From the NCBI GenBank assembly GCA_964497485.1, contig CAZCDW010000001.1:14791-78790 (forward strand): a stretch of 64,000 bases of DNA, given 5' to 3'. The translations under genes and the position numbers were made by a program. The DNA comes from an uncultured Bifidobacterium sp. (GTDB lineage: Bacteria > Pseudomonadota > Gammaproteobacteria > Burkholderiales > Burkholderiaceae_D). Below are positions 16,781 to 25,658 of the stretch, in pieces (positions within the stretch are counted from its first letter, which is position 1; each line of letters begins with the position of its first letter). The notes below the pieces were generated by a model. That model had not been told where the DNA came from. It made no database searches and saw only the letters and a list, made by a program, of their open reading frames with translations.

Positions 16781-17701
16781 CTAGATTGTTGCGTCAAAAG
16801 CAAGCCAGTTCTGCTTTGCTTTGTCCCAAGTAAAGTTGTCGTGGATATCCTGCACCTGCTGTGTGTAGTCATATCCGTTTTCTTTAATCATTCTAATAGC
16901 CTTAGTTAGTTCTTCAGCGTATAGTTCTGGTGTTAGGTCTTTGAATGGAATCATCTTTCCATGCCCCATAGACGTTTCTGGCAATGCCCCCAAGTCTGTG
17001 TGGACTGTGTAGCATCCAGCAGACAATGCTTCCATCTGAGTTAGACATGATGTTTCTGGATAGGTGGATGGATAGGCGTGGATGTGAGCATCTGCAAAAA
17101 ACTTATACAAGGTCTTGCGTGGTGTCTTGCCATAGAAGTTTACTCGTGGGTCATTTACCCCAGCCATATCAAAGTTGTGTGGCAGGTCTGGATAAAAATT
17201 ATTAAAGATGTTTAGTTCAAAATCTTCTTTGACTAGTGGTACTGCCTTAAGTAAAACATCCAGCCCCCTGTCCTGAGAAGATGCGTGAATAAGTTTTACC
17301 TTATTAATCTTTTTAAACTTATCTGAATTTGGTGTAATAGGCTCAATGGCATTTGGAATTACCACAATCTTTTCTAGTGGCATGTCCAACTCTTCTGCCA
17401 ATACCTGCCTCTGATACTCAGATACCGCAACAACATATTCGGTTGATGCCTTGACATGTCTTGAGTTTAATATTTTTCCAACTTGTGGAACAAATTGAAC
17501 AATGTTGTTATGAAGCCAAAAGATGTATTTGCTGCCATCAATCCCGATTGTTTCAAGGTCTGGCAAATGTCCTGGAATAATAACAGGATAATATTTGTGG
17601 ATGTTTTTCATTTCTGGCAAAACCTTATCCAGAAAGCCTCGTGCCATAGTTTCTGTTCCACCAAACATCTCTTGGTTATATTTAAAAATACCTTTAGACA
17701 T
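16781..17701 (-). CDS. glycosyltransferase, GT-B fold (GT4-like)
   Basis: GGTE, VIPNAI, RGLDVL, YPSTYPETSCLTQMEA, GALPE. Confidence 0.9.
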   Translation of the reverse strand: MSKGIFKYNQEMFGGTETMARGFLDKVLPEMKNIHKYYPVIIPGHLPDLETIGIDGSKYIFWLHNNIVQFVPQVGKILNSRHVKASTEYVVAVSEYQRQVLAEELDMPLEKIVVIPNAIEPITPNSDKFKKINKVKLIHASSQDRGLDVLLKAVPLVKEDFELNIFNNFYPDLPHNFDMAGVNDPRVNFYGKTPRKTLYKFFADAHIHAYPSTYPETSCLTQMEALSAGCYTVHTDLGALPETSMGHGKMIPFKDLTPELYAEELTKAIRMIKENGYDYTQQVQDIHDNFTWDKAKQNWLAFDATI

Positions 17702-17940
17702 TAGTAGTCGTCACCTTGTGACCTATTTTCCACAAGGCGTTCCCTTTCATCAATTACTTGGAAGAATGCAGCCTCCATCTTTTCTTTACCGCCTGGAAGT
17801 CTAAGGTGACGGTCATAGTGGTGAACACAAAAGTCTAGAGAACCTCCGACACCTACTACACGAACATAAGCCTGTGCATAGCACATGCCTTCATCACAAC
17901 GGTCTGTTGCTTGCAACACCCATTCTTTTGTTTCTACCAA
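17701..17940 (-). CDS. small Cys/His protein
   Basis: DRCD...C.AQAYV...FCVHH. Confidence 0.65.
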   Translation of the reverse strand: MVETKEWVLQATDRCDEGMCYAQAYVRVVGVGGSLDFCVHHYDRHLRLPGGKEKMEAAFFQVIDERERLVENRSQGDDY

Positions 17941-18117
17941 TTACTTGTCCGTTCTGTAAAATCCACTGCCATTAAAAGTAATAGCCCCTACAGAGTATAC
18001 ACGCTTCATCTCAGTTTTGCAAGCGTCACAGAAAACATCTTCTGACTTATCATTGATACCTCTGACAATCTGCTTCTTAACATCACAGTCTGTGCATGTA
18101 TACTCGTAGGTTGGCAT
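17941..18117 (-). CDS. FmdB family zinc-ribbon protein
   Basis: hand-translated MPTYEYTCTDC...CDAC...FNGSGFYRTD. Confidence 0.85.
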   Translation of the reverse strand: MPTYEYTCTDCDVKKQIVRGINDKSEDVFCDACKTEMKRVYSVGAITFNGSGFYRTDK

Positions 18118-18119
18118 TA

Positions 18120-18833
18120 TTACTCCGCCTTTGGTGCGGTTGGTTTAGTAATTGGTTTAATTGTTGCTGGCTTTGGAGTTGCCTTTGGTGCTACCACTGC
18201 CTTTGGGGCAGTCTTTGCAACAACATCTTTTACAACCTTAGCCTCTGATGGGTTAGCAACAGTTGGCACGTCAGGTAGTGAGTGGGTTGGAGCAACAGTT
18301 ACTGGAGCGGTCTCTGGAGTTTCCTTCTCAGCCTCGGCGGCTGCGGCTTCAAAAGCCATTACAGCCTTGCAGAATGCAATTGGGTCGTAGTAGCCCTTTC
18401 CATTGTGGAAGCCAGCCATTGGTTGAGCCTTAATGTGTCCAGCCCAGATTTCCCAGTGGAGGTGCTTACCAGTTGCGAAACCAGTTGCACCCATCTTTCC
18501 AACGATTGTGCCAGCAGTAATCTTCTGACCAACCTTAACCTTGATTGAACCCTTAACCATGTGGAAGTAGGTCCATGTAACCTTCTTACCCATTACAGTT
18601 GACTGAACAATAATTGAGTGTCCTGCTGAGTTTGGATTATCGTTAGGCTTAACAGCAATAACCTTGCCGTCTGCCCACGCTTCTAGATAAGTGGTTTCTC
18701 CACCCTGCCAGATATCTACACCATTGTGGTGCTTTTTTACTTTTTTAATTGGGTGCATTCTCCAACCAAATGGGGAAGTCACCTTCCAAGCCTTGCCTGG
18801 TTTTCCATCTACTGGAAATTGTGATTTTGCCAT
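18120..18833 (-). CDS. M23 peptidase, probable endolysin
   Basis: TSPFGWR, HNGVD, YFHM, TGKHLHWE; Pro/Ala/Lys-rich tail. Confidence 0.9.
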   Translation of the reverse strand: MAKSQFPVDGKPGKAWKVTSPFGWRMHPIKKVKKHHNGVDIWQGGETTYLEAWADGKVIAVKPNDNPNSAGHSIIVQSTVMGKKVTWTYFHMVKGSIKVKVGQKITAGTIVGKMGATGFATGKHLHWEIWAGHIKAQPMAGFHNGKGYYDPIAFCKAVMAFEAAAAEAEKETPETAPVTVAPTHSLPDVPTVANPSEAKVVKDVVAKTAPKAVVAPKATPKPATIKPITKPTAPKAE

Positions 18834-18872
18834 AGAGCATCATCTCCTTCTAATTGATTATATCATAATCAG

Positions 18873-18944
18873 AGCCACCTAACGGATTCGAACCGTTGAC
18901 CTCCATATTACAAGTATGGCACTCTACCGCTGAGTTAAGGTGGC
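18873..18944 (-). tRNA. tRNA-Thr(UGU)
   Basis: cloverleaf; CCATA-CTTGTAA-TATGG; GGTTCGAATCC; CCA not encoded. Confidence 0.95.
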
Positions 18945-18948
18945 GAAG

Positions 18949-19022
18949 CGATTCCGATGGGACTTGAACCCACGACCTCCACCGTGACAGGGTGGCGTTC
19001 TAACCAACTGAACTACGAAACC
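18949..19022 (-). tRNA. tRNA-Asp(GUC)
   Basis: cloverleaf; CCACC-CTGTCAC-GGTGG; GGTTCAAGTCC. Confidence 0.95.
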
Positions 19023-19119
19023 TTGTGTCCATCTTACCCCAGATGAGGACTGCATCTGTAATAGTCTTTACTAGTATCCTATTAAGCCACCGAATCTAAG
19101 TCTGCGTGTCTGGTATGTG

Positions 19120-19191
19120 CTGGTCACCCAGGACTCGAACCTGGAACATTTCGGTTAACAGCCGAACACTCTGCCATTGAGTTAGTGACCA
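19120..19191 (-). tRNA. tRNA-Asn(GUU)
   Basis: cloverleaf; TTCGG-CTGTTAA-CCGAA; GGTTCGAGTCC. Confidence 0.95.
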
Positions 19192-19206
19192 ATGCTTTCT
19201 TCATCA

Positions 19207-19235
19207 AGTATACATGACAAAGAAAGACTTGTCAA
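19207..19235 (-). promoter_or_regulatory. promoter of the tRNA cluster
   Basis: TTGACA-17-TATACT. Confidence 0.85.
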
Positions 19236-19239
19236 GCAC

Positions 19240-19431
19240 TTAGATAAGTATCTTGAATACTGGCATACATGGGTCTCCGCCTTCTTCCCACTCTGCTTCT
19301 TCTTCTTCTGTCATGTATGGGTCACCATCATGTGTGTTACAGAATGGTTCAGTTACCCAACCCTTTTGGATACCGAACTCCATCCACTCCCAGACCTCTG
19401 TTTTGTCTGCAATGTTTTTCTTATTGAACAT
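19240..19431 (-). CDS. hypothetical protein
   Basis: CNTHDG...GGDPC; TTGACA-17-TATAAT upstream. Confidence 0.7.
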   Translation of the reverse strand: MFNKKNIADKTEVWEWMEFGIQKGWVTEPFCNTHDGDPYMTEEEEAEWEEGGDPCMPVFKILI

Positions 19432-19496
19432 ATAAAAACCCTCTCTAGGTTATGTATCAATTATACAGTACTAGAGAGGGCTTGTCAAATATATTT

Positions 19497-19733
19497 CTAC
19501 TTCTCTGCTGGGATGTTGTCAACAAATGCTGTGTCAATTTCATCGTCGGTGAGTTCACCGTCGTTTAGATATCCACGAGCAAGGTCTTCTACAACGTTAG
19601 CAATACCCATGATACCAGCAAGTAGGGCTGCCTGTAGCACATCAATGCCGATGGCTGCACCAACACCTACGGTTGATAGGGCTGTAACAAGAAATAGAGC
19701 AAGCATACGCTTTGCAATTTTTAAGTAATTCAT
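19497..19733 (-). CDS. small two-TM membrane protein (holin-like)
   Basis: hydrophobic hairpin, DGELTDDEID tail. Confidence 0.65.
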   Translation of the reverse strand: MNYLKIAKRMLALFLVTALSTVGVGAAIGIDVLQAALLAGIMGIANVVEDLARGYLNDGELTDDEIDTAFVDNIPAEK

Positions 19734-19912
19734 TAGTCTTCCTCCTTATCTTTTGGATTTCTGATTGGATAGGTAATCATCCATAGAATACATGTTCCTA
19801 CGATTGCCCAACCTACAACTTCTTTTGCTGAACCCTCAAGGACCAGCCAGGCTACAAACATACCAAGGAGTGTCCAGGCTTGACCAAGTAGGTCGTTTAA
19901 AAATTTCTTCAT
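19733..19912 (-). CDS. small two-TM membrane protein
   Basis: hand-translated MKKFLNDLLGQAWTLLGMFVAWLVLEG; TAATG coupling at both ends. Confidence 0.6.
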   Translation of the reverse strand: MKKFLNDLLGQAWTLLGMFVAWLVLEGSAKEVVGWAIVGTCILWMITYPIRNPKDKEED

Positions 19913-21537
19913 TAGTCTTTCCTCCTTATGCTTGATGTTCCACCTGAGCCACCTGCTGATGCGGATGCTGCTGCTGATGGTGCTGCTGCAGTTAATGCTG
20001 CTCCTGTTGCTGCGTTCACGGCTGCTCCAACAGCAACAACTGCTGTCACAACAACCTTCTTAGATTCTTCTCTTACCTGCGGAGACATGTCTGAACCTAC
20101 GTTACCCATAAAGTTAATTGCGTCTGTAAGGGCTACAACGGTTGCTCCAAGTACTGGTACTGCTGCTAATTCTTCATCTACTACAATGTCGTCTGCTTGG
20201 GCTGCTACGAATAGAGCGGTTAGTGCTTCTTCATATTCTGGCGAGCCTTGTTCTGCTGTCGCTAAGATTTCATTCGCTACCGCTTTGATTTCCTCTACCT
20301 GTTCTGAGGTTAGTGATTGAGGGTCAACGGTTTCAACATTTACTGGTAACTCAGGTTCACTGGGTTCGGTGGGGCTTGGCGTGACTGGTTCTGGTATCTC
20401 TGGTACGATAGGCGTTTCTGGGATTTCAATAGGTTTCGGGGTCTCTTCAGGCGTAGGTGTTGGCTCTCTAAAAGGTGGAATGGCTTGTAGTTCTTGTTCT
20501 GCGACAACTAATTCCTCCTGTTTATTTATTACACTTACCTGTGCTGTCTCTATTGTACCAGGAATTTGAGACTGTTTTTCCTGTAGCGTTCTTAGGTCTG
20601 ATGTAGCAGTTGCTAGGTCAGACTGTGCTGACTGATAAGATACGGTAGCACTAGAAAGGATTGCTTGCATGTCTTCTAGAACTATTAGTAATGATGGGTC
20701 TTTTGTTTTGATTACCTCAGCCTTTTTGTTTTGTGAGAACCAGTCTGTTGGAACCACGTCCCATGTCTGAGTATTTAAATAAAGTAATTGGTTACAAGCA
20801 CCGCCACCATATTCGTACATCCATGCATCAATTGGGTAGGACTTGTTAGCCTCAAGTTCAATTGGTTGACTCCACCAGCCACCACAACCTTTTAGAACCC
20901 AGTTGTTGTTTACAACTGTGTCACCAATTGTCATGTACCAGCCGTCGTCTACCTGAGCAAGAAACTCATAGTTGTCTGTTGTTGGAACGGTGAGGAAGCC
21001 AGTATAGTGGATAATAACAAAATCTCCTCCACAGCCTTCAATGTCCCCACCGCCCCAATCCATATCTATATTATTAACGGTAATTGTTTTACAGAATGTG
21101 TGTAATGTTGCATCTCTTTCTGGGTACATATTATCTGAATTGAATGTATAGATATCCGCTTGTAGACCTGGTATTGTAGGCTCTCCATTATCAATAGGGG
21201 TTTCGATTAGATTGTTGTCGTAGTTAGCCTGTGCTTGGTCTACCGCATTTTGTGCAGCCTCCAGGGCATCTGCCTTTTGGCTCACAGTTGCTTGCCTATC
21301 TTGCAAAACTTTTTCTGCATTTACTACTGCAGCATTTGTGTCTATTTCTAACTGTTTGGCTGCTGCCAAAGCCGTCTGTGCCTCTTGTAGGGCTTCCTGG
21401 GCAGCAGAAACTTTAGCCTCTGCAACCGAAATCAAAGCGTCGTATTCTGCTTGGGTTTGAGCAAAAGCAGATTGAGCAAAGAAAATAGGGGTAAAGGCTA
21501 GTAAAACAGTTAGTAAAAATCTTTGGGGTTTTTTAAT
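19912..21537 (-). CDS. secreted, membrane-anchored PA14-domain protein (probable AUU start)
   Basis: signal peptide, coiled coils, PA14 motifs (DDGWY, YEYGGGA), Pro-rich linker, C-terminal hydrophobic segment. Confidence 0.8.
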   Translation of the reverse strand: MKKPQRFLLTVLLAFTPIFFAQSAFAQTQAEYDALISVAEAKVSAAQEALQEAQTALAAAKQLEIDTNAAVVNAEKVLQDRQATVSQKADALEAAQNAVDQAQANYDNNLIETPIDNGEPTIPGLQADIYTFNSDNMYPERDATLHTFCKTITVNNIDMDWGGGDIEGCGGDFVIIHYTGFLTVPTTDNYEFLAQVDDGWYMTIGDTVVNNNWVLKGCGGWWSQPIELEANKSYPIDAWMYEYGGGACNQLLYLNTQTWDVVPTDWFSQNKKAEVIKTKDPSLLIVLEDMQAILSSATVSYQSAQSDLATATSDLRTLQEKQSQIPGTIETAQVSVINKQEELVVAEQELQAIPPFREPTPTPEETPKPIEIPETPIVPEIPEPVTPSPTEPSEPELPVNVETVDPQSLTSEQVEEIKAVANEILATAEQGSPEYEEALTALFVAAQADDIVVDEELAAVPVLGATVVALTDAINFMGNVGSDMSPQVREESKKVVVTAVVAVGAAVNAATGAALTAAAPSAAASASAGGSGGTSSIRRKD

Positions 21538-21582
21538 TTGTTTTTCTCCTCGTTGGAAGTTTCCAACAAGAACATTATACCA

Positions 21583-23379
21583 TTAAATTATGTTGATGTT
21601 AAACTGTTTAAAGTATGAATCCAGGTCTTTTTGGTCTGGTCTGTTCTTTTCCACAATGCTACGCTTGTCAAACTCATGCATTTCTTCTGTCTTCTTCCTG
21701 TCACGGAAGGTGTGGATTTCTACCATCTGGTTCTGGTCTCTTGGTGTGTGTGAGATAGCACCGAATATTGCACCACATACAGCATCCGCCAAGTCCTTAG
21801 AAGATTTGCGAGGGTGGTCAACACGGTTACCCTTCATAATCTTCAATTCAGTTAGTTCTTCAAATAGCAAGTCAATGGCTGGCATGGCAAGACGCTCTTC
21901 GTAAACAAGCATAGCCATATCCTCGTAGTGCTTCTTGGCAACAGAAACAGTTTCAGTACGAATGCCAACAGCCTTTAGTTCATTCTGGATATCGAATGAT
22001 TGCCAACGGTCAAAGGAAACCATTCCGATATCAAATCCAATCCTGCGAAGGTTCTGAATCCATTGCTTTACTTCTGATAGGTTTACAGGACCTTCAATAC
22101 GAGGTTCCCAATATACTACAGCATCTACTACGACTACTGGTACGACTTGCTGGTAATCTTTAACTACCTGGACATTTACCCACTTCTCAACGTGGGCAAT
22201 TGCAACAGCACACTTGTCGTGCTTCTGTGCAAGGTCAGCATGGACAAAGTATTTCTTGTCTGGGTCTGGCTTAAATGTTTCGTCAAATCTTTTACCAACG
22301 TCAATTGGATTTCTAATCGTCATACAGGCACGGACTTTTTCCTGTTGCTTAAAGAATGCGTCGGACATATAGGTTGGCACACACGCAAAACGCTGCATAG
22401 CATCACCAAGGTCTGTATAGAATGCCAATTTAAAATCGTCAATCTTACGAGTAGGGTTTACGACCCAGGTTGGTCTCTTGATTGCAAACATACCTGGGAA
22501 CTTATAACTAATAATATTATCTTCGTCCCACTCAATCTCTAAGGAGTTACCCTCAGCATTTTCTGGTAGGTCTGGATTCATAATAAACTTGTGAGTCTTG
22601 TGAATAGTTTCTTTCTCTGCGATAACTGCATCGTAACGCTGAGAGATAAAGTCTCCTGGGTAACGAGGGAAGGACAGTAGTGCTACCTTGCCTAAGTCTG
22701 GGAAGCGAGAGTCTACGGAAGCACGGAAGGCTTTGTAGATGTTGTCTGCGGTCTTACCCTGTTCGTTACCTGTTCCTACCTCTTGTGCGAAACCAGAAAT
22801 CTCGTCAAGAACTGCAAGAATAAGGTTCAGACCCTCGTGAGACTCACGCTCAGAGTGACCAGAATAAACTGTTACAGCATGGTCAAACTCAATGCTGTCT
22901 GCCTTTGCGTAGAACTTTCCAGCAAACCATGGCGATTTTTCAATCTTGGTCTTGAAGCCTTTGAAGAACACGTTCTTAGCCTGTTGTGCGTTGATAGCAA
23001 TGTTAATAATATCAATAGCGTCACCAGATGGTTTACCGAAATAGCGAGCAGGGTCTTTAAGACAAAGTAGTTTGTAAACGATATAGCAACAGGCTACTGT
23101 AGAAACGAAGTCCTTACCAGAACCCTTACCTAGTTGTAGGATAACTTCATTCTTAGTATACTTATTGTAGTATCTACGACCTTCTACATCCCCCAGGATT
23201 TCAATAACGTCTTCAAGTTTGTAGATTTGACTCATAGCCTCTACAATGTCATACTGAATGTCAGACAATGGTGGCTGACCAAGATAGGCTTCACCTTCAA
23301 CAAATGTCTTAGCATCTACTGGCATCTCTGCAAAGTTATTGTCTTTAAGAACTTCAAAGAACTCATTGAACATTGACAA
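21583..23379 (-). CDS. terL: terminase large subunit
   Basis: GKGSGKD Walker A, AVLDE Walker B, VHADLA, DHP...KDLADA. Confidence 0.95.
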   Translation of the reverse strand: MSMFNEFFEVLKDNNFAEMPVDAKTFVEGEAYLGQPPLSDIQYDIVEAMSQIYKLEDVIEILGDVEGRRYYNKYTKNEVILQLGKGSGKDFVSTVACCYIVYKLLCLKDPARYFGKPSGDAIDIINIAINAQQAKNVFFKGFKTKIEKSPWFAGKFYAKADSIEFDHAVTVYSGHSERESHEGLNLILAVLDEISGFAQEVGTGNEQGKTADNIYKAFRASVDSRFPDLGKVALLSFPRYPGDFISQRYDAVIAEKETIHKTHKFIMNPDLPENAEGNSLEIEWDEDNIISYKFPGMFAIKRPTWVVNPTRKIDDFKLAFYTDLGDAMQRFACVPTYMSDAFFKQQEKVRACMTIRNPIDVGKRFDETFKPDPDKKYFVHADLAQKHDKCAVAIAHVEKWVNVQVVKDYQQVVPVVVVDAVVYWEPRIEGPVNLSEVKQWIQNLRRIGFDIGMVSFDRWQSFDIQNELKAVGIRTETVSVAKKHYEDMAMLVYEERLAMPAIDLLFEELTELKIMKGNRVDHPRKSSKDLADAVCGAIFGAISHTPRDQNQMVEIHTFRDRKKTEEMHEFDKRSIVEKNRPDQKDLDSYFKQFNINII

Positions 23380-23896
23380 TTGTAATTACCTCTTGTTCCT
23401 TAGATACCTGAGATAGCCTACGCATAATCTCGTCTCGTACCTGCGGATACTCACTTGCAATATCTCTAAGAATACCAACAAGGATATCCTGCTTGCGTTC
23501 AATCTCTAGCATCTCTTCTGCGAGTTCTTTGTTCTCAAGCAGACCAGCCTTCTGCAGCATGTCGATGCGAGTCTTCTCTAAGTCCATGACCAACTTAATA
23601 CCTGCGGTCTTTGCACCTAGGTTGGCTGTGGTAGTGGCATCGTCAATTACTTCGTATGCCTTTGAAATAAGTCTGCTGTAGTGTGTGTCTGCTCCTACCA
23701 GGGCTTCCTTAGCACGAGCACGAATAGCCGCATTGTCAGAAGCCATGACACGCCATTGGTTAATGTGTGCCACGACTTTCTGACGTGGTAATGCGAGTTC
23801 TTTAGAGATTTGGGTAGGTTCTTCCCCCTGGAGATACTTCTCCACAACCTTGTTCATCTCATCAAGATGTTCAACCGTTAGGTCTTCAATCGACAC
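23363..23896 (-). CDS. probable terminase small subunit
   Basis: N-terminal HTH, helical, directly upstream of terL. Confidence 0.65.
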   Translation of the reverse strand: MSIEDLTVEHLDEMNKVVEKYLQGEEPTQISKELALPRQKVVAHINQWRVMASDNAAIRARAKEALVGADTHYSRLISKAYEVIDDATTTANLGAKTAGIKLVMDLEKTRIDMLQKAGLLENKELAEEMLEIERKQDILVGILRDIASEYPQVRDEIMRRLSQVSKEQEVITIVNVQ

Positions 23897-24173
23897 GCTT
23901 CTTACGCTTTCCCCTACGAGTAGGAATTCTCTTTACTCTCTCAATTGCAAATGAGCAGTACTGTCCTGACGTTGCTTTTTGCATTTCAAAGCAGTCAACC
24001 CATGTTGCACCAGTCTCAGTATTTGTAACAACACTATCGAACTTGAACTTGCGTCCGTGTTCATCCTGTATCTTAATTATATCACCCTTGACAATTGTGA
24101 ATGTGCCAATCTGGAGTTCGTATACACGAGAGAATTTTGTTGGTGCTGGCTTTGTTTTTCTGCGAGTAATCAT
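23886..24173 (-). CDS. hypothetical SH3-like protein
   Basis: KGDIIKI, WVDCFE. Confidence 0.65.
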   Translation of the reverse strand: MITRRKTKPAPTKFSRVYELQIGTFTIVKGDIIKIQDEHGRKFKFDSVVTNTETGATWVDCFEMQKATSGQYCSFAIERVKRIPTRRGKRKKRVD

Positions 24174-24649
24174 TAGTTAGGTAGTTCCATCTTCTCGTCT
24201 ACCGAAAATACTAGGGCTACCTGTTCTCCAGGATTAACCTTCAGGTCTTGGATTCCAACTTCTGCGAAAGTCCAGTCCTTCTGTGGTGTACGAACTAGCA
24301 ATGCCCAGTAAGCAAATTCTGCTGGCATATCTGCACACTTTTCAACATATGAGTCTTGGTCTTTGCTAATAATTGGAGTCTTTGCATCTGGCAAACCATT
24401 GACACGACAGATAATCTGTAGTCCATACTTGTCTGTGCCAGAGATTGAATACCCTGCAAGATTAAAAGCGGTCATTGCCTCCATTGCAGAACCTGCTGCA
24501 ACACAAGTCTGTGTCTTGTCACTCTTTAGTGATTGAAAATCAACAATCACGGTTACGCAATCTTCTGTGAGAACATAGTTTTGTTGTGTTGCACATCCAG
24601 AAGTGGCTAAAGCCATTCCAATGGCTAGTGCTAGTGCTGTCTTTTTCAT
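24173..24649 (-). CDS. lipoprotein, DUF4430 / SCO2322-like
   Basis: lipobox LATSGC; VIVDF, CRVNGLP, YWAL...W...G motifs. Confidence 0.65.
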   Translation of the reverse strand: MKKTALALAIGMALATSGCATQQNYVLTEDCVTVIVDFQSLKSDKTQTCVAAGSAMEAMTAFNLAGYSISGTDKYGLQIICRVNGLPDAKTPIISKDQDSYVEKCADMPAEFAYWALLVRTPQKDWTFAEVGIQDLKVNPGEQVALVFSVDEKMELPN

Positions 24650-24801
24650 CGTTTTGATTTCCTTAATCCGAACTTGGCTAGATAAACATAGATTGTTTCT
24701 ACGCTAGTGCCGCATTCCTTTGCTATATCTTGTGGCGTTTTCTTATCTAAGTGGTAACGCTTTTTTAACCACGCTTCATTAGTATACAGTTTATTTGCCA
24801 C
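24646..24801 (-). CDS. small HTH DNA-binding protein
   Basis: TPQDIAKECGTSVETIY. Confidence 0.75.
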   Translation of the reverse strand: MANKLYTNEAWLKKRYHLDKKTPQDIAKECGTSVETIYVYLAKFGLRKSKR

Positions 24802-24805
24802 TTTG

Positions 24806-25381
24806 TCAATACCCAAATGCCTTGTCCCAGTTTTGCAAAGCCCAGTGACCAATTGCACAGGCATCTGCAACATCGTCGTCTGATAGTTGTCTATCGTAAT
24901 TAATATTAATAAAGTTAATTGTACGCTGTTTCCTAATTTGCCTTTCAGCATTCTTCAGCCATGCATTAGACTTACCAGGAAATTCATCTACTAACTTTAA
25001 CTTTTCTTCTTTAGTTAGTTTCTTATTACCAATAAAGTTTTGCCAGGTCATGGGTGAGACTGAGCCAATCTTCTTTACCCCAGACATTGAAGCAGCCCCA
25101 AGAAGTGCTCCCTGGACCATAGCCAGTTGTGCAGCAGTCTTAGGGCTGTTCATAAACACCGTGTGCTCAATGATAATTGCTTCAAAGTCAAACTTTTCAA
25201 AGAATGCTTTGGTCTTTCTTGCTGAGTCCATTACCCTGTCATATGTGGTAATTCCCTCAAACTTGATTTTCCCACAAGCAATAATCTCTCTATCATCAAA
25301 GATGGCGAATGCAAGGCTATTTGTACTAGCATCAATTGCACAAAATCGTTTTGGCTTTTTATTCAAGTTCAATTTTACCAT
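24806..25381 (-). CDS. RuvC-like Holliday junction resolvase
   Basis: AIDAST, IIIE, DDVADA. Confidence 0.85.
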   Translation of the reverse strand: MVKLNLNKKPKRFCAIDASTNSLAFAIFDDREIIACGKIKFEGITTYDRVMDSARKTKAFFEKFDFEAIIIEHTVFMNSPKTAAQLAMVQGALLGAASMSGVKKIGSVSPMTWQNFIGNKKLTKEEKLKLVDEFPGKSNAWLKNAERQIRKQRTINFININYDRQLSDDDVADACAIGHWALQNWDKAFGY

Positions 25382-25658
25382 TTGCAATTCCCTTAATCTG
25401 TTTGAGGATTTGATTGATATCGTCTGGGTTGGTTTCGCATTCAATACATGTGTTGCCATCATTGTAGATTGATAACTGTTTGCCACAAGACTTGCATGGT
25501 CTATCCTTACCCTGGCGTTTTTTTATCTTGTCTCTGATATATTTTTCAGCAATCTTTTCTCTAGTTGCTGACTCTCTGCACTCGGCAGAGCAGTATATCT
25601 GATAGGATAACTTTGTTTCGAATTGGTGGTCACACCACTCACAGTGTTTGCTTTTCAT
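25359..25658 (-). CDS. zinc-finger protein
   Basis: four CxxC-type pairs. Confidence 0.75.
   Translation of the reverse strand: MKSKHCEWCDHQFETKLSYQIYCSAECRESATREKIAEKYIRDKIKKRQGKDRPCKSCGKQLSIYNDGNTCIECETNPDDINQILKQIKGIANGKIELE

Noticed and set aside
19023-19119. tRNA-associated HDV-like (theta), hammerhead or twister ribozyme
   Set aside because: CAG-UCCUCAU-CUG resembles HDV P3/L3, but no matching P1/P2 could be built; hammerhead and twister cores are incomplete
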